64,000 nt of DNA from Callorhinchus milii (GCF_018977255.1 NW_024704742.1:41542001-41606000); one strand, 5' to 3'. Shown: positions 37,491 through 50,671, counted from the first letter of the stretch. Translations and numbers: made by a program. The notes: generated from the sequence alone by a model not told the origin.

Positions 37491-39289
37491 ATGTAAAGTG
37501 CCATTATCCCTTGTAATGTCCTGCCACTGGAATGTCTACCCTTTTGTGAGGTTTCAAAGGGCAATCACAACAGTGCACCTCGTGCTGCGATTCAGTCAAA
37601 GAAATTTCAGGTTCGGCAATATTAGAAGCTAGAAAGATATCTCCTCCAATTTCTTTTGTTGCCTCTGGGCAAAGCATCTGCTGCTCGATTCTAAACTTAG
37701 CAGGTGGGCTTCTGAGAGTAATTGTGTTCAATCCACAATTAATGTGGTCAAATGTATCAAACTCTATCAGATTCTAACCCCCCGCCTCACCATCTCACTA
37801 AAGGTGAAGCTTGATTAATACTGCTGCAAATGAAAGCTCCTCAGAGAGGGGTTAAAGGAAGAGAGGAGACTGTGTTGATTGGTTTGAGGCATTTCACATA
37901 ATTCTCTTCTGAAAGTACTGGCTTCTTACAGGATAAAGAAATCAGATGTTCAGAGTTTCAAAAGAAGATTCTCCAGTTCAGAGATCAGTTAAAAACTATC
38001 ATTAGTTGATCAAGCTTGCAAACTGTATATTTTTTGTTTGTGAGGGAGAAGTCACTTGAAGGATAATAGGAAAGGTTTTTGTGTGAAAAGAAGTGTGACA
38101 TTTCAGAACAGATTCAATATTATTTTGATGGATTTTTCTCCCATTTTCACTGAAATAGAAGATTACAGTTATGAGAATGAAGAGCAGAATATGATAGCAT
38201 GAGTCAGGCTGATAGTCTTGAATCCTCCCTATCTATCTCTGAGATCTGGTGAAATAAAACAGGTTCAAATATTTCCTCACAAACAGCCATTCACCACTAC
38301 GTTTGGAAATGAAGCATGTTTGCTTTGCGGTCTGTACAAAGATTAGCAACGCCTGTTTGCACATCTCTAGAACACAATGAATGAGAGTGGCTGCAGGCAC
38401 CTGTTAGAAAATGTATATCAGAGAAAATGTCACAATAGTTAAATAAAAGTCATGTTCCAGTACTATATAAATAAGCCTCAATCACAAGAAGGAATCGACA
38501 GTTAATGGCTTCTAGCTTAAAATTGAATTATCTCGGCTCCACTAACCACAATAGATGCAAAACATATTGGGCATAAAATGCAAAGTTTTGAAAAATTAAA
38601 ATCGAATACAAGTATTATTATTGTTATTGCAAATACAATCCCTACGTGCCACCTGTGACCACAATTGGACTTGATGTGCCAGTTCCAATGGTGATTTCAG
38701 GCTGCTCTTGCACTGACTATTGTGACAAACAACAACAACAACAACTTGCATTTATTTAGCGTCCCACATGCAGGGAAGCGACCCTGGAAACTTTAAGAAA
38801 TCATTGGCGGGGGCATCAACTGTTTGGAATTTTTAACAAAGGAAACAGACCATTCGGCCCAACTAGTCCATGCTGGTGTTTATATTTCACATAAGTCTCC
38901 TATAGTTTTAATGGGAAATAAATCATTTATCTGCAATATTGTATTTAAATTATGTGAATTAAAGCAGTGGATGTTCTCATTCTGATATAAATCTGCATAC
39001 AATTAAACCATTAAAGGGAGTACCTTTGAAGAATAAATACATTTTAACAGTGCTAATTGGCCTAAAACTATTTGCATATTGTGTACTTGTTGAATTTACA
39101 GAGAAGTGTCTGATAAGCTCTGGAAGTGTCTGCACAGGTCAAGCTCTGAGTGAAGTGCTAAATCAGCTGTAATGGAACTGGATACTGCCCTCACTGATTG
39201 AGAACTCAAGGGATCTCTGAACAGCAGCAGTGATGAAGAAGAAAATTACTGGATTAACTATAGAACCAATCTGCTCTGCCTTTCTACCA

Positions 39290-39500
39290 AGAGCAGGAGT
39301 TTCTCCTGGTTTCCTGACCAACAATCTCCGAGGTAAAATTGTCATTCACTTTGTGGCTGTTTTGGGGATGTTGCTGTGAGCAAATTAAGGTGCCAATTTT
39401 GTCTACAAATACACAGGCACTGCACTTTACAACAAATCCTGTGAAGAGTTTTGAGATGATTTGATGATATAAGACTCTATAATAAATGCAATGATACTTA
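39290..39500 (+). mobile_element. Deu-SINE 3' half
   Basis: 'gagcaggagtttctcctggtttcctgaccaacaat...ttgctgtgagcaaatt...cctgtgaagagttttgag'. Confidence 0.7.
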
Positions 39501-40664
39501 TTAGCAGTAGGTGATTATGCAATACAATAGTGGGGGTCTAACATTGTAATGTATTTATTAGGACATATATCCAGGAGCACTCATCCCTTCCTACCCCCTT
39601 GCCCTGACACAGATTGCTGTGAAACCATGTGATTGCATTTGGTGGGTTAATGGATTACTCTTTGAGCATCCAAGTACCTGCACGATTTACCAGTTCCAAA
39701 TTGTTTGGTGACTCTTGCAAAGAACGCCCTCCTCCCATTTTTTTTAAATGACTCTCATAGTTAACAACATTTAACAACATAACACTTCATGAGAGAGGTG
39801 CAATATAAAGGCGCTAAACATTATAAAGCTGGCTGGGCACCCAAGTTTTTTCTAGAGATATTAATTTTGAGGGACCTGTTTATAAATTATTTTTGATAAC
39901 AAGAAACCTTTTGCAAAAAAAAACAGGTACTTAATTAGCAATTTTTTTAATGCACAGCAACTGATTACAGGCAATGAGCATTATATAACAGATTTACAAA
40001 ACTAAATAATAATAATAGTCCTTACATTTGATATAATGCTTTATCATGTTGTCGAGATGTCTCACAGAATATACTGTGTGTGTTTTGTGGCCAAAATAGG
40101 TGCAAGTTTATGAGTTACAAAAAGTAACAGTGATTATTTCTCACAAATGATTTTTTTTATTAATTACTAAAAGTGGAAGGTTTGAGCATGTATTACCTAC
40201 CAAGCCCAGAAGGGATCATTTCCAAACACTTTTATTGGCCATGTAAACATCTTTTGGAAGGATGGGCACACAACTGTGATATTGCTTTCTAAAGTCCATC
40301 ATTCAGATTAATATATTCCTTTGCTGAAAGATACAATTTAACTTCAGTGAAATAGCATGCAATGTGCTTTTCCTTTAATTGGCATTCCTGTTGTTTACTG
40401 CCAGAGGCCTTTAAATGATAATAATTCACATCGATCAAGTGAGTCATTCCCAACTGAGTGGTAAATTTGAATTATTTCATTTATCTCAGGCGCTCAAGAT
40501 ACCATCATCAATAAGTTTAGAAGCAGATCTGAATAGTGGATGTTAGTGGATCAGGAGCAAATGGAACATGATTAATGCCCAGTCCCTTCCAAAAATTGCC
40601 CTTATGACACCAAGTTTAAATATAGGACTCCAACATTTTATTACTTACATAATTGTATGTAGTA

Positions 40665-40768
40665 CATTACCCCATGCTCAGGCCCTGACTCCTGACTGTT
40701 CAGCGCTTTGGGATGTCCTCCCGACATGAAGGGCGCTCTATAAATGTAATTGTGTTGTTGTTGTTGTA
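40665..40768 (+). mobile_element. L2 3' tail
   Basis: 'ctgttcagcgctttgggatgtcctcccgacatgaagggcgctctataaatgtaattgtg(ttg)n'. Confidence 0.8.
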
Positions 40769-40936
40769 GTAGGTAATGTACTATCTTTTCATTGCATCAC
40801 TTGTTTAAGTGCTGTAACCTTGCTCATTCGTTATTTTCCCTGTTAACAGTCAACACATAAAGCATTAACACGCAGTTCCCTATTAGGAATGAAATGTGAA
40901 CTGAATTAAAGCCCAAAATGCACTTATTTAGAGAAT

Positions 40937-41659
40937 TGTGTGTGTATATCGTGTGTGTGTGCATCATGTGTGGGTGTATATCATGTGTGTGTGTGTATCG
41001 TGTGTGTGTATATCATGTGTTTGTGTGTGTATATCATGTGTGGGTGTGGGTGTCATTTGTGTGTATATCATGTCTGTGTGGGTATATCATGTGTGGTGTG
41101 TATATCATGTGTGGTGTGTTTATCATGTGTTGTGTATCATGTGTGGTGTGTATCATGTGTGTGTGTGTATCATGTGTGTATGTGTGTATCATTTGTGTGT
41201 GTATATCATGTGTATGTGGGTATAAAAAAAAGGGTTAGGGTGTTTGTGTGTATATCGTGTGTGGTGTGTGTGTGTGTGTGTATCGTGTGTGTGTTTTTGT
41301 GAGTGTGTATTGTGTGTATGTGTATATCATGTGTGTATATTGTGTGTGTGTATGTGTATATTGTATGTGTATATCATGTGTGTGTGTATCATGTGTGTGT
41401 GTATCATGTGTGTGTGAGTATCATGTGTGTGTGTGTATCATGTGTGTATGTGTATCTCATTTGTGTGTGTATATTGTATGTGTGTGTATATCATGTGTGT
41501 GTGTATATCATGTGTATGTGTGTATAAAAAAAGGGTTAGGGTGTGTGTGTGTATATTGTGTGTGTGTGTGTGTATGCGTATATTGTGTGTGTATATATCA
41601 CGTGGTGTGTGTGTGTATATCGTGTGTGTGTGTGTATGTCTATATTGTGTGTGTATTGT
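40937..41659. repeat. TG-rich minisatellite (TATC[A/G]TGTG.. units) with a ~300-bp higher-order repeat
   Basis: Recurring tatcatgtgtg; 'tataaaaaaa(a)gggttagggtgt' at 41221 and 41523. Confidence 0.9.
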
Positions 41660-41984
41660 GGAGTCCTGTAGCTCAGTGGTTAGAGCACTCGCTTTGCAAG
41701 TGAGAGACTTGAGTTCAATTCCAGGCAGAGGGCGAAACCTTGGACAAGTTTCCTTACTCCACACAGAGCCTAATAATAATCCCTCCAAAAACCAAAAAAC
41801 AATAATAAATTGGTCATTTTTCAATCTATGACTGTTTGTGGGGCATTGCTGTGCGCAATTGGCTGCCGCGTTCGCCCACAAATATACAGTCAATTAACTT
41901 TACAGTGTGTTCTGTGAAGCGCTTTGGGACGTCCTCCCGACGTGAAAAGTGCTATATCAAATGCAAGGATTATTATTATTATTA
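41660..41984 (+). mobile_element. tRNA-Ala(TGC)-headed SINE, full length, array unit 1
   Basis: ggagtcctgtagctcagtggttagagcactcgctttgcaagtgag...gagttcaattcc; (TTA)n tail. Confidence 0.93.
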
Positions 41985-42120
41985 TATATCATGTGGTGTG
42001 TGTGTGTATATCGTGTGTGTGTGTATGTGTATATTGTGTGTCTATATCATGTGTGTGTGTATCGTGTATGTGTGTATATCGTGTGTGTGTATCGTGTGTG
42101 TGTATATCGTGTGTGTGTGT
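41985..42120. repeat. TG-rich linker between tandem SINEs
   Basis: Same irregular unit order as 34515-34652. Confidence 0.9.
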
Positions 42121-42438
42121 GGAGTCCTGTAGCTCAGTGGTTAGAGCATTCGCTTTGCAAGTGAGACACCTGAGTTCAATTCCAGGCAGAGGGCGAAACC
42201 TTGGGCAAGTTTCCTTACTCCACACAGAGCCTAATAATAATCCCTCCAAAACAAAACAATAATAAATTGGTCATTTTCAATCCATGACTGTCTGTGGGAC
42301 ATTGCTGTGCGCAATTGGCTGCCGCGTTCGCCCACAAATATACAGTCAATTCACTTTACAGTATATTCTGTGAAGTGCTTTGAGACGTCTAGAAGATGTG
42401 AAAAGCGCTATATCAAATGCAAGGATTATTATTATTAT
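42121..42438 (+). mobile_element. tRNA-Ala-headed SINE, full length, array unit 2
   Basis: Same head; tail variant 'gagacgtctagaagatgtgaaaagcgc'; followed by more TG repeat to ~42522. Confidence 0.93.
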
Positions 42439-42751
42439 CATCTGTATGTGTGTATATATCGTGTGTGTGGGTATATTGTGTGTGCCTATATATCGTGTGT
42501 GTGTGTATGCGTCTGTGTGTGCATCGATGGGTTGGGGAGGGATTCTTTGTGGATAATGGAATTTTGTCCCATTTTGATATTTTGGATTTCGGTTCCTTTG
42601 TTACTTTTAACTTTAAAAGGTGGCATCACACACAATAAAAGGAAGTAACGCTTTTCTTTTTCTCCACCTGTCAATAGTTTTCCTGCTGTCACGGGTCATG
42701 AATAGTTTCTGTCTATGCTTGAAGTCACAACAGCACAGGCGTAAGTGTAAT

Positions 42752-43260
42752 CATAACAACAACAATAATAATCTCTGCATTTGATGTAACGCCTTATCCC
42801 GTTGAGATATCACTGTAAAGTGAATTGACTGTATATTTTGAGGACTGAAGTGTAATATCTAGAGAGAGAAAGAAATTATAATTTTATCTTGCCTTATTGT
42901 GTTGAAGCATCTCAAAGATTTTCACAGCTAATTACTGTCAACTGTAGTGACTGTTTTTAAATGCAAACAAGGTAGTTATTTGCACCAGTGAAGTCGTACA
43001 AACAACATGAGATAAATGATCAATTAAACTGGAGGGACATTAGCCTGGTTACTGGGAGAAACTCAGCTCTTTTTTGAATAGTGTCATGGATGTTATAGCA
43101 TCATGGGGTCATAAACATTTCCTTAAACAGGCAGGTGGAAGCTTGAAATAACATCTCATCCAAAAATTGTATGTTTGACAATGCACCTTTCCATCTGTAC
43201 TGCACAGCAAGGTGTTATCGTAGACTATAAACTGAAGTCCCAATGTGAATTTTGTAACTT
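42752..43260 (-). mobile_element. SINE tail plus diverged Deu-domain SINE
   Basis: 'tgcatttgatgtaacgcc'; 'actgggagaaactcagctcttttttgaatagtgtcatgg'; 'aacatctcatccaaaa...gacaatgcac'. Confidence 0.7.
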
Positions 43261-45130
43261 AGGATAGCATTTAACTGATTGCTCTTATATCATGAAGTCT
43301 GACAATTTTTCCGACAGTGTTTCAGACAGTCCATTGACAGTACTTGTCAAGTACCCTGATTTTCATGCTAGAGATGCATGCATGTGATCCCTGGTGCTGT
43401 ACAAGTCGAAGTGTTAATTTTCCTTCATCCTACAGTTCAGGGCTATGTTTCCATTCCTTGATGATAAAGATTCACACAATAGCTGTCAAAATCAAAATTA
43501 GACCATGATAGTCATCTTTGCAGACACCAAAATTGTGAAGCTATTGAAGTTGAATTTGGATCTATATCCTGGGGAAAAAATCTAATTATCAGCATTGCTC
43601 ATTATAGGAGACTTTTTATATATCTCCCAAATGTAGAGATAGAAAATGCCTCCAGTGTAATTAGTTGAATCGTTAGTAATGTTATCACTGGAATAATTTA
43701 TCCAATACAGTAGGTAATGTGTCTAAAGATTCATAGAATGAATTAAAGGCTTCTTTGGTAAATAAAATGGATTATGTGAATTACACATCAAATCCATTGT
43801 ACAATAGCTACCCTTTTATTCTGCACTGAAACAAAACTAGATATAAACTGTGAATTTCCTCTGCTGTTTGGGGAGTTATGGTAATGGAGAGATGTGAATT
43901 CCATCGTAATAATAAAACTTTAACGACATATAGCGACATTCTGCTCACATGACCTGTTTAATAATAGTAAACAGGAGCTAGGTGTCAGCCTGGCTCAATT
44001 GGTAGCACACTTATCTCTGAGGTCCTGCCCCCCATGTTGAGCTTGCAGTCGAGACTGAAATCTCAATGTGTGGAGGAATCAGACCTTCAGTTTCTTGCTG
44101 TAATAAAGATATTAATAAAAACACTTTCACTTTTTTGAGGACACCATAAAGAAGGCGACTGAGTGTCTTAAGGTAACTAGAGTGTGTGGGGATGGAATAG
44201 TTCAGCCCCAGGACCTTGGTGGCACTCAGTTTCTCTCAGCGATCATGAAAGACAACTTTTTGAACAGAGGATCATATTATCATAGTCCATTCAGGATTGG
44301 CCTGCCCCTGGAATTTTGACGTAAAATCCAAAAAGTCAATGATTCATACAATTTCAGTGAGAATTGTTTCACAGCCTCTCCATTAAATTTTGTGTATCTT
44401 TGAAATAATAACAGGGCAGAAAAAAGTACATTAAATTAAGAACGTTTTTTACCGTCAAAATCAAAAATTCCATAAGTGTTTTTGGACCACAGCAATATCA
44501 TTAACTCCAATGGCAAATGGAATTTCACCTATAAGAGTTTGAGCAATTAGTTTTAATCTCATCATAGCATGTTGCCCTGTATGTAGAAAAGCGATAATTG
44601 GGTATGAAATGATTAAATCAGAGGAAAGTGAATCTGAGTATTTTATATTTCATCTACATTTGCCTGCAGCTCAGCAGCTCAGCAGTCAATTTAAAGTGAA
44701 ACTTAAATACATGCATTGTATCTTCAGGGTCAGCTGGATGCATTTGTCCAAATAGCTTCCCTTCAGGTTTTGACATCTTAAGGAACAGGAATCTCTGCAG
44801 TAAAACACACAGTGTGTCAAGTGAGTGCTGTTCCCCTAATGATAGTAATTACTCAGCAGTCTCCCCACCCCCCACCTCGTGAAGTGCTTCCTTTGGGTGT
44901 AGGATTATGGAACATTTCAGTTTACAGTCTTCTTACCTGAGTATAAAGCATTGGCAGAGATGTCCCCAGACATTTATCAGTCTAAGGGGTAAAACAAAAC
45001 CTGAGGACAGAATTCAGATATAGCAAACAATTCTAATGCATAATGTAACCTCTTTGGAGACTAATTGCAATTTATAGACACTGAACTTTAACCTCTGACA
45101 CTTCAGACCCAAGCGAGCCCAATCCTCTGT

Positions 45131-45521
45131 TTAGCTGGGTCCTTTGGATGGTAGTTAGTCACACTCTCGCCTATGAGTCATTGTGTGTTCAAGGCCCATG
45201 GCGGGACTTGGTACTCATAGCGTCCAAACTAACATTCCATCCCTCAGATGAGAAGCCGAGAACCCTTTGTGCCTATTCAGGTGGACGTTAAAGATCCTGT
45301 GACACTATGGGAAAAAAAACAAGAAAGTTTCTTTCTTCCTGTTTTCTGGTCTACAATCATCCAGATAAAATTGGTCACTCATTTCATGGCTGTATATGGG
45401 ACACTGTAAACTGGCTACCGTGTTTGCCCAAAACACACAGTCACTACACTTTACAGTGAATCGCTTTGAGACAACCTCCCTACGTGAAAGGCACTATGAC
45501 AAATGTAAGGATTATTATTAT
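45131..45521 (+). mobile_element. Deu-domain SINE with internal deletions
   Basis: 'cactctcgcctatgagtca...ttcaaggccc', 'ttcaggtggacgttaaagatcctgtgacactat', tail 'aaatgtaaggattattatt'. Confidence 0.8.
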
Positions 45522-45924
45522 GAAAATGCATAGCTTTTCCTGAGCTCATTAATCTGAGGATCTGAGGTTTGGAGTATGTATAATGTAAGTAATACTGAGT
45601 ATATTGGCTTCAGAATTCTTGTTGAGAGCCCCATCACTGGAGCCTTTGAGATTCCCATTCTCCAGATGATTTTTTTCTAGATGCCACAAGTGGGCTAAAT
45701 TTAACTTGCTGTCACTTACAACTGAGATGTACTTCAATTCAACAAGTGTTCAACAATGTCACACAGGCGTATGTCTTAGTCAAATATCAAAAACATACAC
45801 TCAACAACACCTTCAAAGATATCCACTGCAGTACTCCAGAGGCAGAGAAATTTAGATCAAATAGCAAGAGGCCAAGTAGATAACATTAACAACAAACCTT
45901 CATTCCAAGGCATGAAAGATAAAA

Positions 45925-46250
45925 GCAACAACAGCCTGCATTCATATATTGTCTCGGAGCGCTTAACAGTGGGTGAGCCTGTTGCCGAGCCAGGGGGAAG
46001 AAAGGAGGTGACCATTAGCACAATTGAAGAGGAAGGTCTTCAATCATGATCTAAAAGAGGGGTAGAAAGGGGCAAGGTGGAGCGATTGGGGAGAGGGACA
46101 AGCAGGAGGCCAGAGCTAGCTGAGTTAAGGCAGCAGATATTGAGGTTGGGAGAAAGTAGGTCAAAAAGGCAGGGAGGTGCCAGGGCATGAAGGGATTTGT
46201 AGATGAGTGAGAGGATCTTGAAATCTGTTCTGTAATAGGGAGCCAGTGAA
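45925..46250 (-). mobile_element. L2 3' fragment
   Basis: 'gagcgcttaacagtgg', 'gaagaggaaggtcttc', 'gaggatcttgaaatc...ggggagccagtgaa'. Confidence 0.75.
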
Positions 46251-47477
46251 AGTGGAGCCTGGTGAGTTCACTATACTTGACAGTAAATACCAGTGAAATG
46301 TCTTGAGATATTTTGAATTATAAAAATGCAAGTTCTTTCTTTTTTTCTGTGTATATCCTTATAATTGATGCCTTTTTAACTGGTTAAACCCCAGCAAAAG
46401 TTGCAACTTGTTAAAGTTGCATCATCACAATCCAGGTTCTCCACCCTTGACTCTTGCTAACCTGCGCCTAATACTCTTTTGAACTAGGTAAGCAGATTGC
46501 TTTCTTCCAGGTGGAGAGTGTGTATTCCATTCGAGACACAGGGACATGTCCACAGGTAGGTGATATATATATATGTGGAGCTCTGTTTGGTTTGGATACT
46601 CTTAAGCATGCTGATGGGTTTCACCATGTGTCAGACACTCAGTTGACCATGAAAGAATTGAAACCTTTGGAAATTCAAAGTAAAATGGATGTCTAACTGT
46701 TTGTTCGCAAATTCTTTGGGTTCATGTAAAATAAAAATAAGAACTAACTTCCAACTCATATTACAGAAGACTTTCTTTTTCCATTAAGTGGAGTGGGAAT
46801 TGCAAGTTCCTTGATGTGCTTCACTGACAGGAGGAGGACATTAGCAGCATGTCATGACCAAATGAGCTCTTTCAAGGGATAATGGCTATTCACAATTGAT
46901 TGCTTTTCTCCCGACACTTGCATTTTAGGCTGAACATAAGAAAGTAAATGACAGACTATTTCTACTGTACTTACCTTTCCCACTGTGTTCCACCATTCCC
47001 TGTCCTTCCAATGATGATCTCTGGCCTATATGTAAATGTATATCATAAAAGCACTGCGGGATCTTATATATTCTACTCTACAAGCTATTTTGGGGATTAC
47101 AGATAAATGCAGAGGCAGCACTTCATACATCATAAAATGTGCAGAAAGCCCAATCATGTATATTTGAGAACCTGCAGGGAAGTTCTCCATATATTTGGTC
47201 ACTGGCTGGTGAGGCACATCTGCCGTGTTCAGTCTGAAGCAAAGATTTAGATGGTTCCAAAGGCATTTGTTAAAGTACACCTCTGGCAGCACTGCTCAGT
47301 TTGCCATAAGCGAAATGATCTGTTGTTCCCAGTTGAGTAGCGACTAACGCATTCAATCATCTTTTTCAGCATATTACACAGCAATTCAAAATATAATTCA
47401 TTATAGCTTCAGCCATAAGCTTCCAAATAAGTATAAGGGATTTGAAACTGTGGCTTTCATATGCCAGTGAAAGCACT

Positions 47478-47600
47478 TGTTCAGGTGGATGTTAAATATT
47501 GCTTGTCCCCCCACCCCGTGGAAAAGAGAAGGAAGTTTCTCCTGGTCTCATGGCCAACAATCCTTTAGATTAATTGAGCAGTCACCTCATGGCTTTGGGA
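47478..47600 (+). mobile_element. Deu-SINE internal fragment
   Basis: 'tgttcaggtggatgttaaa...gaagtttctcctggtctcatggccaacaat'. Confidence 0.55.
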
Positions 47601-48039
47601 TTACCTGACAGGTATTTACTGTCGGGTGTAATAAACTCACCAGACTCCACTTCCACATTGCTTGACCCTTGCCAAACTGTGCCGAATACTCTCCAGAATT
47701 AAGTAAGCAGGATGCGTCCCTTCGGGGGGAGATTGCACTCCATTCCAATAAATATCTTGGGAATTTTCATGTGTAGGTGGGATGAATGGAACTCTGTCTG
47801 CTTTGGAAACTTTTAAATTGGTGATGGGTTGCATGTTTTAAGACATTTGGCTGACGAAAAAGAAATGGCATTTGCGTTTGCCTACAAAAGTAATTCCTAC
47901 AATTGACAATATTTGCCTGTAAAGCAAGGTGCTATAAATACTTGCCTTCCCACTCCACCCTCCTGGCAGCTCTACCCCAACGGTATCACTACTACGTGTA
48001 GCTAATTTTCCCACAGCAGTATACCACAAGCAGAAGAAT

Positions 48040-48205
48040 TGTTGTTCAGGATACCATGAGAAACTCTTCTCTTATCTAAAATTGCCATGGGTTCTTTAGT
48101 ATCCATTGGACCAAACAGGTTTGATCTCGGTTTAACGATTCATCCAAATGATGGCATCTCTGATAATTCAGAGCTCCCCCAACACTGCACTGGACTATCA
48201 GCAAA
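48040..48205 (-). mobile_element. Deu-SINE internal fragment
   Basis: 'ctcggtttaacgattcatccaaatgatggcatctctgataat...actgcactgga'. Confidence 0.65.
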
Positions 48206-49752
48206 GTCTGTGAGCCTGTTTTAAGAAAACGTTAAATATGATTGTCAGTACCTTAGGATGTCCTCCAGACATAAAAGGAGCGACACAAATGTAATTTGTT
48301 GTTGTTGATTGTCTGTCGAAAATGAGATTTGAATTCAAGTCTCTTTTAGATTAATCTAGAGTGGAGATTATGGGTTATACAGCTTTGAGTTACTCCAAAT
48401 TTCTCTCATTAAGGCTAGGGAAAGTTCTGTACAATCACTAATAAGCGTGGGATCAAGAGCTTTGCTAACTGCCCCTGATGTTGGTCATAAATTGTAATAA
48501 ATTGCCAGGTTTGTGACTGGAACTTGAATAACATTATAAAGCTTGAGGGCGTCAGTCCACCGGACTACACAAAAACTTGTACATTTAATTTTTTTAAATG
48601 TCTGGAATCTGCTACAATAAAACTCAATTAATATTCAGCCAACCAGGCTCAGGTCCAAATCAATGCTCCTAGAACTGGATTTATACTGCAATTCTAGCGC
48701 CAAATCAATGGTGAAGCCACATTGAATCAATGTTAACTATAAGATATAAATAAGGCATTAGACTCACACCTAAGGGATTTACTTCACTGTGTCTACTTGG
48801 CTGCACTCCTTGAAAATGTTACAAGCAGAGAACCAATAGCTATGGATAACTACTATTAGCTCTAATCTTTAACCTCATTTAGTTTGGAAATACTGTATAG
48901 GCACATTGTTGGAATTCAAATATAAATAATTTCTCCTTGTTCCTATTGGCCTATGAAACCATAGCCTGTTTAAACAAGAGGCGGTTTCCTGAGCTAGCAG
49001 GTAGGTAGGTGAAGAGTCTTTAACTGTTTTTAACTGTTTCTAACCCATTCTAGCTGACTCATCTGCCCAATGCAAATGGCTTCCTACAGAGTACATTCCT
49101 GCTTTCATTCACTGAAACAACGGAATAATGCTTTTACATTATCCATGCATGGACTGTGGCATTAAGTAGAGGGCAGTAGGGTGACACTTTTTCGTGCATT
49201 AACTGCTTTATCTTTGCCTCTGCACTTCCAGAAGGTGGGGTGGGGGGCTGGTCGGGGGGAGAGCAAGCTCTTGCAGCATGTGGGGAATGCATGCTGTCGT
49301 CTAATACGTGGCAGAATGATACTGGCCACACTGGCCAGGCGCTAACAGTTTATTTAACGGTTTATTTTCATTATTTATGGCTATTCAGGTGTATCTTCTA
49401 TCCTCCAACCCCATTATGTCACGTGTGGAGGACAGGGAAAATAAACTCCCAAAGGCCTTGTGCAGCCAAGAGGAACTTAACATTATATCTTTCCATTTCC
49501 ACAATGGCAGCATATTGGGTGTCAGTGGGTGGAATGTGGGCATACTCCAGTGCTCTGAAGCCCAGCCTTTTCTTTCTGCAGTTGCGTCTTCTTGCTGTGA
49601 AGAGAATGGGTGATCTTGACCCCACAAAGGGTCTGGGATAATCAGTCGCCATTCTTGGCCACATTGTGATAATATAACATGCAACATTTTTCCCGCCCTC
49701 TCTTACTTGCATTTGCAGCCCTCTCCTACTTGCATTTGCAGAAAAGAAGAGC

Positions 49753-49870
49753 TGGGCTGATCCCAAGTGTAAAAGGGATGAATTATGAAGATAAAGAAAT
49801 TGAAGCTTTACAGTCCGTAAAGAAGGCAGTTAAGTGGGAACCTCATTGAAGTATATAAAATATTTAATGA
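49753..49870 (+). mobile_element. CR1 ORF2 fragment
   Basis: Reads LIPSVKGMNYED / LKLYSP*RRQLSGNLIEVYKIFN, like the CR1 C-terminal 'RRLRGDLIEVYKI' motif. Confidence 0.7.
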
Positions 49871-50671
49871 GAGTGGCACTATACCGTCAAGTGCATCGCG
49901 AATGAATAAATCTTTTGGAAGTTTATTTTTCTGATCCCCTGCCATAAAATAACAGGAGTGGAGGATAGGAAGTGGTTATTGTGAAAATCAACTTTTAATT
50001 GTATGTACAGTATTATTATTTATTATTACATTCCTTATGCTTTACCAGCCGAGCCACCCCCAAACTGTATTTTTTGCATTTTTCACCACTGTATATCATT
50101 TGTGGTGCAGTGATTAAAACTGAGCATAATATTTTACTTAAAGCCTTTGTAGAACTCATTTTATAATAATAATATTGCTTACATTTGATATACCACTTTT
50201 TACTTAAATAGGACGTTTTGAAAGCGCTTCACAGGATATACTGTACGTGTAGTGACTGTATTTTGCAGGCAAAAGATTTTTCCCTAATACATAAGGTATG
50301 GAACCATACAAAGAACAATACTCTTTGTAATAACTGTGATATATATTGTACATTGTATTGTAACTCTTACAATACAATATAAATTTACATTTATATCGCA
50401 CCTTTCATTTCAGGAGGACGTCCAAAAGTGCTTAACAGTACTTGCTGGACACCAGAGCTGGGTGCGGGAATACTGTAGTGTGTATTGTATCCATGATTGC
50501 ATAACAACTGATGTTCAGGCATCAGCACCATCGCTTAAACATAATGCGGCTGGTGGCGAAATATAAAAACAGCATTAGTTTAATTAAAGTCCTTTGTATG
50601 GAACTTTGTAGAAGGTTTCTGACAGTTGGAATAACATCCTTAAAGAATTCAAAGAGGTTCTTGTTGGCATG

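Noticed and set aside
40918..42262. Cys-rich ORFs, or a CRISPR-like repeat-spacer array
   Set aside because: The ORFs are TG-minisatellite read-through; there are no constant-length repeats with unique spacers and no cas genes.
49134..49766. Cluster of overlapping 65-133 aa ORFs
   Set aside because: No recognisable domain; ORFs on both strands with mostly non-ATG starts suggest chance.
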